A stretch of DNA of 64,000 nucleotides from Candidatus Cloacimonadales bacterium (GCA_963662585.1 OY759729.1:2368001-2432000), one strand, 5' to 3'; numbered from the stretch's first letter, positions 10,135-24,661 are shown. Translations and numbers: made by a program. Notes: generated by a model from the letters alone, not told the origin.

Positions 10135-11593
10135 TAGTTATCCCTAAAATAGTCATAGCATCTCTATAATCAAGAGGGTTAACGAAGAGAGTTTTTTGAT
10201 TTTTGTAAGTAACATATCCGGGAGCTGAACCACGGGGTTTTCTCACGAACCTAATCTGAGTATAATCCACAGGAACATTTTCAGATTTCTTAGCTCTACT
10301 GTAATAGGCTGCTAATTGGGCACATAATATTCTATATTTATCAGGGAGTTGCTTATTGGCATAATTCCTTAGAACAACATGAGTTCCTTGGAACACCCTA
10401 GTATGGAACCACCAATCCCTTCCTTTAGCAACTTTACAGGTTAAAAGGTCATTTTCTGTTGAAGAACGCCCGATGAATATCTCCCAGTTATCATCTATCT
10501 TAAGTCTTCTAAAATGGATTTTAGTATCTGTTTGCCTCTTACTAATCTGTTTTGCTGAAGAGAGTTCAACTAACTCTAAATAGTTCTCTTCTTCATTGAT
10601 ATTCGCTATATCATCCTCAAAATCTGCAATCTCTTCTTTTGTTTTTTCTATCTGTTCAGCAATTAATTTTTGACCCACTTTAGCTTTTTTATATTTCTTA
10701 AAATAGTAGTTACTGTTGTCTATAGGACTTTTGTCTTCACTAAGGGGAATAATTATTTCGGGGAAATCAGGAAGATAGTAGTTAGGAAGTTTTATCTCTT
10801 TCATTCCTTTCTTAATTATATGAATAGATGATTTGAGAAGTTCAGCATAATGTAGCCATTTCTCTTCATCTTGTGCCGTTAAAAGCTCAATTTCTTGCTT
10901 CTTGAGTTTTTTGGTAGCCTTATTCAATTTACTATTCAAATTGCTGAGTAAGTTCTTTTTTAACTCCTTTGACTTCTTAGTTATTATTCCATTATAGTAG
11001 AAGCTCTCAAAAAGATCGTTAATGTTATCAAATCCACTTTCTAAACCCTCAGTAATTTTCCCCTCAATAATATCAATAGGGTATTCAACTTTATCAGTTT
11101 GAGGTGTGAAATTAGTGATAGGTGCTTGCCACTCCATTTTAGGAATAATTTGTCTCTGATTGTTTTCTGCAAAACTAAACTTTTTCAAAGAATCAATTAT
11201 AATTAACTTTTCATTAATGTTTTCACACAGAATAATATTCTCAAAATTAGCTGCAAATTCACATATAAGCACGAGCTTCTTTGTCTCATTATAAATATCA
11301 GTCTTTTCCATTTTGATAAGAAATATTCTATCTCCCTCTAATATTTCAAGGGATGATATCATCGCTTTATTCATATTCTGATTAAAGAGGTTAAGATTTT
11401 TCTCTTCTACCCAAGGAAGTAAATCATTGTCAGTGCTGAATATAAATGAGTTCCCTTGATTAAGGGAAATTTGCAATTTTACTTTTGTTTTAAAAAAAGT
11501 TAGCAAATACTGATCTTGATACTTTTGCAAACTCTTAATTTCTAGGCCAATTAATTTATTATTATTAAGTTCTTTTAGATATTTATACTTCAT
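10127..11593 (-). CDS. rqcH: NFACT/RqcH (FbpA-like) ribosome quality control protein
   Basis: DR motif, YFKKYKKAK coiled coil, and C-terminal NFACT-R domain (IGRSSTEND, WFH, GTHV, AAYYS, VDYT, PGYV). Confidence 0.85.
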   Translation of the reverse strand: MKYKYLKELNNNKLIGLEIKSLQKYQDQYLLTFFKTKVKLQISLNQGNSFIFSTDNDLLPWVEEKNLNLFNQNMNKAMISSLEILEGDRIFLIKMEKTDIYNETKKLVLICEFAANFENIILCENINEKLIIIDSLKKFSFAENNQRQIIPKMEWQAPITNFTPQTDKVEYPIDIIEGKITEGLESGFDNINDLFESFYYNGIITKKSKELKKNLLSNLNSKLNKATKKLKKQEIELLTAQDEEKWLHYAELLKSSIHIIKKGMKEIKLPNYYLPDFPEIIIPLSEDKSPIDNSNYYFKKYKKAKVGQKLIAEQIEKTKEEIADFEDDIANINEEENYLELVELSSAKQISKRQTDTKIHFRRLKIDDNWEIFIGRSSTENDLLTCKVAKGRDWWFHTRVFQGTHVVLRNYANKQLPDKYRILCAQLAAYYSRAKKSENVPVDYTQIRFVRKPRGSAPGYVTYKNQKTLFVNPLDYRDAMTILGITNE

Positions 11594-11713
11594 AAAATCT
11601 CCTCAATCTTTACATAAAATTAACTGAAAAAAATGTCAAATTATTTCTTGACACTAGTGCTATTCCTATTATAGTATTATTATTAATAATATATTCACTT
11701 AAAAGGAGAGAAA

Positions 11714-12607
11714 ATGAAAGCGATAAACATCATTTTAATTGTATTAATTGTTGTTTCTGCTGTATTAGCGGGATTGTTGGTATCTTCCTCAAACAAATTA
11801 GGGAAGCATGATGCTGTTGTAAAAAGTTATGAAGAAAGAATTTCTGAACTTGAACTAGCTCATAACAATATGCTTGATGAAAGAGATAATTTAATGCAAA
11901 CTATTACAGATTTGCAACAAAAAGAGAAAAACTATCTTAGGGTTCAAGAACAGCTTTATGAAATAGCTGAAATAACTAAATCTAATAAGATGTCTTCTGC
12001 AAATGTAGAGTTAGATCCTAATTATACAACTAATCAATCTTTGGAAACTTTAGAAAAGAACCAAAATGAGCTCAAGAAATTGAGAAATGAAAGAGGACTT
12101 CTTTATAGTGAGATTAATTCTCTTAAAAAGGATTTAAACTCTTCTAATGCAGATAAAGAGAAGATTCAAGCTCAAATAGACAGATTACAAGCTGAAATTG
12201 ATAGAACAGATGTAATGATTGCTAATCTAGAACAATCTATTACTAAAAATCAAGCTCTTATTGCTAAGCAAGAACAAGAGATTAATACTATTTATTTCGT
12301 AATTGGTACAAAAGAGCAGTTAAGAGAAATGGGCATTACTTCCAAAGAGGGTGGTGTTTTATGGGGACTTCTTGGTTCTACTGAAATCGTAAGAAATGAT
12401 TTCAAAAATGATAAGTTCACTCCTAAGAATTTAGCAGAGAATGATGAAATTGAAATTAATGCCTATATTGATAATATCAATATTCATACTAAACAACATA
12501 AATCTGCTTATGAATTAGTTGAAGTAAGTAAAGATATTACTGTTCTTAAAGTTAAAGACCATGAACAGTTTAGAAAAGATAAACATCTTGTTATTGAAAT
12601 AAACTAA
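11714..12607 (+). CDS. Membrane-anchored coiled-coil protein (resembles Cbp1-like proteins)
   Basis: N-terminal TM helix, long heptad region, C-terminal globular domain starting NTIYFVIGTKEQLREMGI..EGG. Confidence 0.6.
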   Translation: MKAINIILIVLIVVSAVLAGLLVSSSNKLGKHDAVVKSYEERISELELAHNNMLDERDNLMQTITDLQQKEKNYLRVQEQLYEIAEITKSNKMSSANVELDPNYTTNQSLETLEKNQNELKKLRNERGLLYSEINSLKKDLNSSNADKEKIQAQIDRLQAEIDRTDVMIANLEQSITKNQALIAKQEQEINTIYFVIGTKEQLREMGITSKEGGVLWGLLGSTEIVRNDFKNDKFTPKNLAENDEIEINAYIDNINIHTKQHKSAYELVEVSKDITVLKVKDHEQFRKDKHLVIEIN

Positions 12608-12612
12608 TTTTA

Positions 12613-12866
12613 TAAAGAAGGATAAATTCTATCCCGAAAGTGATTAGTTAAAGAATTAAAGGGTTACTGAATATTCAGTAGCCCTTTTTTGGTATTTAAA
12701 TTTGTTCAGTCCTAAATAATTTGACTGATTTATGAAATTAAAGAAGGATAAATTCTATCCCGAAAGTGATTAGTTAAAGAATTAAAGGGTTACTGAATAT
12801 TCAGTAGCCCTTTTTTGGTATTTAAATTTGTTCAGTCCTAAATAATTTGACTGATTTATGAAATTA
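12613..12866. repeat. Exact tandem duplication of a 126-bp unit containing a terminator
   Basis: Units begin at 12613 and 12739; each holds AAAGGGTTACTGAATATTCAGTAGCCCTTTTTT. Confidence 0.9.
12658..12690 (+). terminator. Rho-independent terminator, probably bidirectional; second copy at 12784..12816
   Basis: Stem-loop plus T6 between convergent genes. Confidence 0.75.
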
Positions 12867-12879
12867 TTGTTTTTTACTA

Positions 12880-13518
12880 TTAAACCCCTTGTTTATTAGG
12901 ATCCCAGATATATTTATGAATTTGGAGTTGGAATCGTACATTCAATTTATCTTCTACAATCCACGAAACTAAAATATTGGGAGCAATCTTATCAAAAACA
13001 GGGGAGAAGAGAATCTTTCTCCCAAGCAAGTTGTTTTCAAAGATGAATTCCTTACTCCAAAGATAATCATCATAGTCTGATACTACAAACTTTAGTTCAT
13101 CGTCAGCGTTCATATAGTCTAAATTTGACATACAGAAACTATTCTTTGAACCGCTTTTAATAGTCTTTACATCAATGATTTTATGGACTCTAGGGTCTAT
13201 TTTATCTAAAGGTAGGGAGCCATTTGTTTCTAAAAGAACCTTATAGTTATTTTTCAATAGTTCACTTATTAAATCAGTAACTTCAGCTTGTAGGAGAGGC
13301 TCGCCTCCAGTAATTTCAACTAATTTAACAGGATGGTATTTCCTGATTTCATCTAAAATATTTTCTATATTTAAGGAATAGTTGGCTTTGTAACTATACT
13401 GAGTATCACAATAATTACAGCGTAAATTACACTCGGCAAAGCGAATAAATATGCAGGGATATCCAATATAAGAAGACTCACCTTGGATGCTACAGAATAT
13501 TTCTATCAATTTTATCAT
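12880..13518 (-). CDS. queE: 7-carboxy-7-deazaguanine synthase (radical SAM)
   Basis: EIFCSIQGE, CNLRCNYCDT, TGGEPLLQ, ETNG, QLQIHKYIW. Confidence 0.9.
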   Translation of the reverse strand: MIKLIEIFCSIQGESSYIGYPCIFIRFAECNLRCNYCDTQYSYKANYSLNIENILDEIRKYHPVKLVEITGGEPLLQAEVTDLISELLKNNYKVLLETNGSLPLDKIDPRVHKIIDVKTIKSGSKNSFCMSNLDYMNADDELKFVVSDYDDYLWSKEFIFENNLLGRKILFSPVFDKIAPNILVSWIVEDKLNVRFQLQIHKYIWDPNKQGV

Positions 13519-13537
13519 TTGTGTATTCTTTTATTTG

Positions 13538-14749
13538 TTAGTGTTTTGGTAAATATGGAAATGTCTTGTGGTAGTCTAAGAAACTATTAATATATGAGGT
13601 AAGTTTTCTAAAGTCTCCTATGACAAATTTTTCTCTTTCTCCAACCTTATAGAAGGAGTATTCGTTAGGATCTACCTGAAAGTTAGATAGATATTGAGCA
13701 TCACCTAAAAGTGGTTTATGATTGTGTAGTAATAGTTTAATGTTTTCCGCTTTAGCAAAGATAATATTATCAAAAGGGTCATCATAATTTTTATCTAGAG
13801 CTAATAATTCAGCAGATGATTCTTCTAAAGAACCATATTGACAAGGTAATTTAAGTGCCTTTGCTGCATTAGAAGTAACCATTTGGAAGATCTCTTTGCT
13901 TGTTACTTCAGGGAAGTTGTCTTTACTGAATTTCATCTCTGCGAAGAGATTTATGCTTCCTGAAAGAGTGGAATCAGTACCTAAAACAACATTAGTTTTC
14001 TGCTCTAAACAACTTATAATATTAAGGTGTTTGCCGATAAGATTCTCATTTGAGCTAGGGCACCAACAAACAGTTGCACCTGCTTCAGAAATTTCTTTAA
14101 TTTCACTTTCTTTCAATGCAATTCCATGAATCATAATAGTATTACTTGCCAAGAGCTTGCGAGCTTTAAGATCGGTAAATTCTTGAGCAGTAATATCATC
14201 TATACCTTCACCAAGATGTATGATAAAGGGCTTCTTTCCAGCAGCTTTAGCAAACTCCTCTTCAGCACTTTCTCCACCCCACCAATTACCCAGAGGGAGA
14301 GAGTGGCATTGTGTAAAATCTTCTATTACATTAATAGGAAAGTTTTTATAGTACTCAGAAGTTTGGTTTGGGGCATGGTCTTGGACAGCTACAACCCCTG
14401 AAAAGAGGTTCTTATATACTCCTAATTCACATAAGGTTAATTCTTTTTTATGGGTAAGTACAAATGAACCATCATTAACCCAGTACTTATTTCTGTCTAA
14501 GTAAGTAGGATGATTTTTCATAGCATCCACCCAAATATGGGAATTAGCAAATTTCTCTTGAGTAGTGGCTGTTGGATACCAATTACCAACTAAATGATCA
14601 TGAGAATTTATTAATGCTGGATAAATGATTGTGTTTTGGAATAATAAGTCACCCTTACTCTCTCTATTATACTTTGAATTAACAAGGATAGAAGAGTTTT
14701 CTTGGATATTATTAACCGAAAACACAATCTTATCAGCAATAAATTTCAT
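13538..14749 (-). CDS. Metal-dependent amidohydrolase (deaminase-like)
   Basis: INSHDHL, IHLGE, IHG, CPSSN and LGTDS metal-ligand motifs. Confidence 0.85.
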   Translation of the reverse strand: MKFIADKIVFSVNNIQENSSILVNSKYNRESKGDLLFQNTIIYPALINSHDHLVGNWYPTATTQEKFANSHIWVDAMKNHPTYLDRNKYWVNDGSFVLTHKKELTLCELGVYKNLFSGVVAVQDHAPNQTSEYYKNFPINVIEDFTQCHSLPLGNWWGGESAEEEFAKAAGKKPFIIHLGEGIDDITAQEFTDLKARKLLASNTIMIHGIALKESEIKEISEAGATVCWCPSSNENLIGKHLNIISCLEQKTNVVLGTDSTLSGSINLFAEMKFSKDNFPEVTSKEIFQMVTSNAAKALKLPCQYGSLEESSAELLALDKNYDDPFDNIIFAKAENIKLLLHNHKPLLGDAQYLSNFQVDPNEYSFYKVGEREKFVIGDFRKLTSYINSFLDYHKTFPYLPKH

Positions 14750-14750
14750 T

Positions 14751-15938
14751 CTATTCAGCTTTTTTTAACTTTTTAATGATTAAAGGAATAATTTCAAATA
14801 AATCTCCAACAATACCTAAGTCTGCTACTCTAAATATAGGAGCTTCAGGATCTTTATTGATTGCTATGATATAGTCTGCTGAAGACATTCCGGCAAGATG
14901 TTGAATAGCTCCAGAAATACCTACAGCAATATAGATTGAAGGTTTTACTGTTTTACCTGTTTGACCTACTTGATGTGGGTAAGATATCCATTCGTTATCT
15001 ACAGCTGCTCTAGAAGCTCCAACAGCTCCACCAAGAAGTCCTGCTAACTCTTCTAAAATTTTAAAATTCTCAGCATTCTTTAAGCCTCTACCACCAGCTA
15101 CAATAATATTTGCATCGACGATGTTAGCTAAAGAACCTTCTTCCTTAACTTTTTTTATAAATTTAGTTAATCTTTCAGCAATATCTAATTCTAATTTTTC
15201 TTCAATCAATTTTCCTGTTTTGGAAGTATCCATCTTGAGAGGGTCCATAACTTTATAGCGAACTGTCGCCATTTGTGGTCTATGGTTAGGAGTTTCAATT
15301 CTTGCCATAATATTTCCACCAAAAGCAGGACGGGTTTGAATAAGATTAGTAGTAGTTGGATCTATTTTTAAACCAGTACAATCTGCAGTTAAACCTGCGT
15401 TCATGGCAGTAGCAACTCTTGGTAAGAATGATCTTCCTGTATTTGTTGCTCCAGTTAAAATTATTTCAGGTTTGTATTTCTTTACTAATTGTTGCATAGC
15501 TTGGGCATAGAGATCATCTGTGAAATCTTCTAGGAGAGGGTCATCTATAACAATAACTTCTTCTGCACCATGATAGTATAATTTATTAACTAAATCTCCA
15601 ACTTTATGTCCAAAAAGAATAGCTGTTAACTTAGATTCTCTATCTTCAGCTAATTCTTTTCCTTTACCAAGAAGCTCATAAACAACTGGAGCTATATCTT
15701 TGTCTTGTTGTTCAGCAAAAACCCAAACACCTCTATAATCATCTTTGTTAATAGTTGACTGTGTAGCTTTTCTGATAAAAATTGCTTCAAAAGGACAAGC
15801 TGAAACACAAGCTCCACAAAGTACACATTTATCTGCATTAATCTCTGCTACTTTATCAGTAATTGTGATTGCTCCATAGGCACAGGCTCTCAAACACTTC
15901 CCACAACCTACACATTTCTCTCTAATTACTTCAATCAT
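14751..15938 (-). CDS. etfA: Electron transfer flavoprotein alpha subunit with N-terminal 2x[4Fe-4S] ferredoxin
   Basis: Two CxxCxxCxxxC motifs; GLTADCT, RPAFGGN, GASRAAVD, QVGQTGK, GISGAIQH. Confidence 0.93.
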   Translation of the reverse strand: MIEVIREKCVGCGKCLRACAYGAITITDKVAEINADKCVLCGACVSACPFEAIFIRKATQSTINKDDYRGVWVFAEQQDKDIAPVVYELLGKGKELAEDRESKLTAILFGHKVGDLVNKLYYHGAEEVIVIDDPLLEDFTDDLYAQAMQQLVKKYKPEIILTGATNTGRSFLPRVATAMNAGLTADCTGLKIDPTTTNLIQTRPAFGGNIMARIETPNHRPQMATVRYKVMDPLKMDTSKTGKLIEEKLELDIAERLTKFIKKVKEEGSLANIVDANIIVAGGRGLKNAENFKILEELAGLLGGAVGASRAAVDNEWISYPHQVGQTGKTVKPSIYIAVGISGAIQHLAGMSSADYIIAINKDPEAPIFRVADLGIVGDLFEIIPLIIKKLKKAE

Positions 15939-16065
15939 ATTTTCTCCATTATATTTTTATCTAATATTTACTTTTATTTTGCGGGCAATTTATATAACTT
16001 CCCTTATAATCAACATTGTATAATTTTGTAAAATTAGGCAAGTATTTTTTTTATTTTTTTCAAGA

Positions 16066-16175
16066 TCCCACCTACTGCGCAGGCACCCTTCTTTTCTAGA
16101 GGGGACTTAAAAGAGCACAGAAGGAGAACTTTAAACGCCCTTTTTTAGTGCAGAAAGCACACTAAAAGAAGGTAG
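16066..16175. repeat. REP-like CCCCTC...GAGGGG family, two degenerate copies
   Basis: CCCTTCTTTTCTAGAGGGG and CCCTTTTTTAGTGCAGAAAGCACACTAAAAGAAGG resemble the copies at 18980, 19263 and 51182. Confidence 0.6.
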
Positions 16176-16252
16176 TCTCTGCTTTAGACTTGGCCCAAAC
16201 CTGGCTGGCATCTTTATACGACTGGGTGTTTTTCCTAACCTTCAAGCTTGTA

Positions 16253-16415
16253 ACCCAAATAATGCAGTAGATCTTTTAGAATAGCACTATATTCATTTGC
16301 TAAAGCATTTTACATAATTTATCAGAGTATATATATTATAGGCTGATAAATTATGTAAAACCTTTATCTAAAAGAATCTGCACTCTTCTGTAAAGCTCTT
16401 CTGCACCATTCGGGT
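16253..16415. mobile_element. MITE (~163 bp) with ACCC...GGGT imperfect terminal inverted repeats
   Basis: Close copy at 57010..57172; perfect 18-bp internal hairpin TTTTACATAATTTATCAG/CTGATAAATTATGTAAAA; no ORF. Confidence 0.75.
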
Positions 16416-16457
16416 TTAAATTAAGAGAATATCAAATTTTTATAAGGTATTTCGCAA

Positions 16458-16497
16458 GCAAGGGTGCATGCAATCCGACAGAAGAGGTCTTATCACA
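16458..16497. repeat. ~40-bp repeat with an inverted partner at 18679..18717
   Basis: GCAAGGGTGCATGCAATCCGACAGAAGAGGTCTTATCACA; the core CCGACAGAAGAG also occurs near 19180 and 25483. Confidence 0.75.
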
Positions 16498-16623
16498 TTC
16501 CAAAATTCTGTTAAACCAAGTATTAAGGTTCTTTCCTTACTCTTGAAAATCTTCTTTATCAGTGAAATCTATGTAATCAGTGGATTTATAGTCTTTGAAT
16601 TTTTCTTCTCATCTCCAGCCATC

Positions 16624-18381
16624 TTATCCCCAGAAATGCAGAAGCAAGGGAACACCTAAGAAAAGATTAATAATCATTAGGCCTAAGCCAACTCTCCAAT
16701 AATCACTATATTTATAACCTCCAGGCCCCATCACTAGGGTATTTGCTTGATGACCAATTGGAGTAAGAAAGGCTGAACAAGCACCAACTGCAACAGTCAT
16801 AAGATATAAATCAGGTGATAATGATTGAGTTCTAGCCAATTCTAAAGCAATAGGGGCTAGGATAATGGCTGCTGTAGCATTATGTAAAAGATTTGTTATG
16901 AGCATCGTTAAGAACAGTAACATTCCTACAATGAACCAAGGTGCTGAAAAAGAGGTTATAGACATTAGTAATCTACTGATATGGTCGGCAGCTCCAGAAG
17001 AAATCATAGCTCTTCCTAGTGGAATTAATGCTCCAATCATAACAATTACAGACCAATCTACAGCCTTATATACATCTCGATAAGGGATTATGTCAAAGAG
17101 AACAAGCAATAAGGCCACTAAAGGGAATGCAATATGAACAGGTAAAATTCTAAAAAATACCAGTGAAATTCCTAACCCGAAAAGCAACGAGTAAATAAGT
17201 GTTTTTCGACTATCAGCTAACATATTACCTGCTTGTGTTAATGCCATACAGCCAAGATCAACTATCTGTTCAGGTAGTCTTACTGTATTTCCTTGGATTA
17301 ATAAGACATCACCTGGACTAATTTGTTGTTGATAGATCCTTTTTGTTTTATATTTATTGCTTCCAGTTTTTGCTAAGAGGGCAATATCATATTTTTCTCT
17401 GAGTTTAAGGTCAATAGCTTTTTTCCCTATAATTGGTGAATCTTTCATAACAACAATTTCTATCATTGAAAGATTTTTATCTTTTAATTCATCGATAATA
17501 GGGAGATCTTCAGTCATTAGCATTAAATTATTATCTTCAATAAAAGATTTCAAATCTTCAGAATGAGCTTCAATCATGAGAATATCAAAGAGCTTCACTG
17601 TTTCGTTCAAACTTATATGGTGAAGATATTTTAAATCTCTAATTATGCCAATTACATCAATTTGATAAATATCACTCTCACTTAGCTCTTTAAGAGTCTT
17701 TCCTATTAATCTAGACTCTTTATGAACTAGTAATTCTGTGCAATAGTCCTCAATTTGATTAGTTTCTTCTAATTTGACTGGACTCTTTATTTTGGGCAAG
17801 AATCTCCAACCTATTAAACTTAAGTAGATTATTCCGAAGATTGCTAAAAAGATACTGACTTTAAAAAAATCAAAAAGATGAAAGGACGAACCAAAACTCT
17901 CTTTCCTAATAGAAGAAACAATAATGTTAGGAGATGAACCGACTAGTGTTAGCATTCCACCAAGAAGAGTTGCAAATGCTAATGGCATGAGAATCAAAGT
18001 AGGAGATTGATTTCTTTTCTTAGCTAATTTTATTGAAATAGGCATGATAACATTAACATTATTCATGAATGCTGATACTATAGTTGTTAAAATCGATAAA
18101 GGGAAGATTAAACTTATTGGAGTTTTACCAAACCAATTTAATTTTCTAACTATCCAATCCAGTAAACCACTATATTGCATCCCCTTACCAATAATCATGA
18201 TTGCAACTACTGTAACTACAGCAGGATTGGAAAATCCTAAAAAAGCACTGTTTATTGGTATAACTCCAGTAATAGCAATAATGAATAAGCCTAGTAAAGC
18301 TACAAAATCATAACGAATTTTATCCCATAAAAACATTATTAATAAAAATATAAGTGTAAAATAAACAATAATTTGATCCAT
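16624..18381 (-). CDS. SLC13/DASS-type permease with two TrkA-C domains
   Basis: SAFMNN, LGGMLTLVGSSPN, central soluble repeats, TPIGHQANTLVMGPGGYKYSDYWRVG. Confidence 0.9.
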   Translation of the reverse strand: MDQIIVYFTLIFLLIMFLWDKIRYDFVALLGLFIIAITGVIPINSAFLGFSNPAVVTVVAIMIIGKGMQYSGLLDWIVRKLNWFGKTPISLIFPLSILTTIVSAFMNNVNVIMPISIKLAKKRNQSPTLILMPLAFATLLGGMLTLVGSSPNIIVSSIRKESFGSSFHLFDFFKVSIFLAIFGIIYLSLIGWRFLPKIKSPVKLEETNQIEDYCTELLVHKESRLIGKTLKELSESDIYQIDVIGIIRDLKYLHHISLNETVKLFDILMIEAHSEDLKSFIEDNNLMLMTEDLPIIDELKDKNLSMIEIVVMKDSPIIGKKAIDLKLREKYDIALLAKTGSNKYKTKRIYQQQISPGDVLLIQGNTVRLPEQIVDLGCMALTQAGNMLADSRKTLIYSLLFGLGISLVFFRILPVHIAFPLVALLLVLFDIIPYRDVYKAVDWSVIVMIGALIPLGRAMISSGAADHISRLLMSITSFSAPWFIVGMLLFLTMLITNLLHNATAAIILAPIALELARTQSLSPDLYLMTVAVGACSAFLTPIGHQANTLVMGPGGYKYSDYWRVGLGLMIINLFLGVPLLLHFWG

Positions 18382-18678
18382 TAAATCTCCTATATAAAAA
18401 AAATAACTCTTATAAATTCCTTAGCAACTATTATTTCCTTTTAGTGAATATTTTAAAGAAGTCATATCGCACTAATATTGATATTGTAGCATATATTATT
18501 GAAGTTAAGTATAGCCAAGAAAGATAGCAATCATTCTAAACTATACAATGTTTCTTTGTTGTTCCAATGCTCAATTACTACTCCTTATTACTCTTCTTAA
18601 TAATTATCTGAAATCTGTATGGGATGACAGTTTTGGAGCAAAGCAAGACCAGTGGAAAGTGGTTAAGAACTAAGAACT

Positions 18679-19397
18679 TGTGATAAGACCTCTTCTACCG
18701 GATTGCATGCACCTTGCATGCGACAGGATGTTTTAATTCCCCCTCCGTGAGGGGGACACAGGGGGTGTTTTCTTCTATGGAGTGGAAGCGTCTCTGCTTC
18801 CATTAACTGGGGTTACGGACCTTTAGTCCGTGAATCTTAAATTATGGAATGGAAGCGTCCCTGCTTCCATCAGGCTGTATTTCAGCCTGTTCTTATCTTT
18901 TCTGGCGACGCGGAGGTCCCCAGTCCATAGGCCCCTGTTTCCATTAACTGGGGTTACGGACCTTTAGTCCGTGAATCTTAAACTCCCCTCTTTAGTTCTG
19001 AAAGCACGCTAAAAGAGGGGTAGCTGCGAAGCAGCTCTTAACTGGGAAAGTGAGCATCCTGCTCGCACCACGCAGTAGCGTGGTAGATTACTTTATTTCT
19101 GGGATTTCCTGAAATTTAAGCAGTTTAAACACTATTCATCTGTTACTTATCAATTCACAGCGGAGAGAATCTCCACAATCCGACAGAAGAGGGATTATCA
19201 TAATCTTAAACTCCTCTCATTATTGATTAACTGGGGTTACGGACCTTTAGTCCGTGAATCTTAAATTCCCCTCTTTAGTGCTGAAAGCACGCTAAAAGAG
19301 GGGTGGCTGCGAAGCAGACGGGGTGTTTTAAATCCCCCTCCGTGAGGGGGACACAGGGGGTGTTCTCTTCTATGGAGTGGAAGCGTCTCTGCTTCCA
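18679..19397. repeat. Mosaic cluster of REP-like palindromic elements
   Basis: Three exact 40-bp units ATTAACTGGGGTTACGGACCTTTAGTCCGTGAATCTTAAA (18802, 18943, 19226); 65-bp direct repeats at 18738..18802 and 19333..19397; CCCCTCTTTAG...CTAAAAGAGGGG units at 18980 and 19263; TATGGA.TGGAAGCGTC.CTGCTTCCA units. Confidence 0.85.
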
Positions 19398-19738
19398 CAT
19401 TAGACAATGCTTGTGATTCCATATTGAAAAATATCATCTCCTTATATATATAAAGATATATAATACATTGAAAGGATCCAGTCTGGTTAAAATATAGGCC
19501 TATGGTAATAGACCCCTGCTGTTTTTGATGTGGGCTTATAGCAATAAGTCCCTACATTTTTTAGAAATTTTACTGTATTCAAAAACAAAACTATACTTTA
19601 AAAGAAGACTAAAACTTAAAATATTAAAAAAAATATGAAAAAAGTTTTATCCTAGTTAAATAACTATTTATCAGTTATTAAAAAAAGACTAATGTCAAGG
19701 CCTTTACTATAAAAAATTAAAAGAAGTAAAAAAAGGTA

Positions 19739-19825
19739 TTGACAAGAAAGCAGCTTCCCATAGTTTAGCAAAACCAATGCACGGAAGCAACAAACTTCTC
19801 GGAACTTGGATTAGATCTTTGAATA
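19739..19825 (+). promoter_or_regulatory. rRNA operon promoter and boxA-like antiterminator
   Basis: TTGACA (19739), 16-nt spacer, TAGTTT; AGATCTTTGAATA at 19813. Confidence 0.6.
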
Positions 19826-19899
19826 ATTTTTAAAATTAAAAAGTTATAGAGTGAATGAATGAAGTAAACTTGCGAGAGACAGGAACACGATTTATATAA

Positions 19900-21438
<1,539 letters not shown>

Positions 21439-21548
21439 TAAAGGAGAAATAGTTTCTTGATAAGTTTACTTTTTCATTCTATAACAAATATATAATACTA
21501 AAATTTTACAGTAAATAGAGTGCAATAGAGTGTGTATAATTAATTTTT

Positions 21549-24661
<3,113 letters not shown>

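Noticed and set aside
12613..12866. preQ1 riboswitch associated with queE
   Set aside because: The unit lies downstream of queE and lacks a recognisable preQ1 consensus.
16253..16415. Integron attC interpretation of the long hairpin repeats
   Set aside because: No consistent RYYYAAC/GTTRRRY boxes, no cassette array and no integrase.
18802..19265. Possible CRISPR array (three identical 40-mers)
   Set aside because: Spacing is irregular (141 and 283 bp), the intervening DNA is itself repeats, and there are no cas genes.
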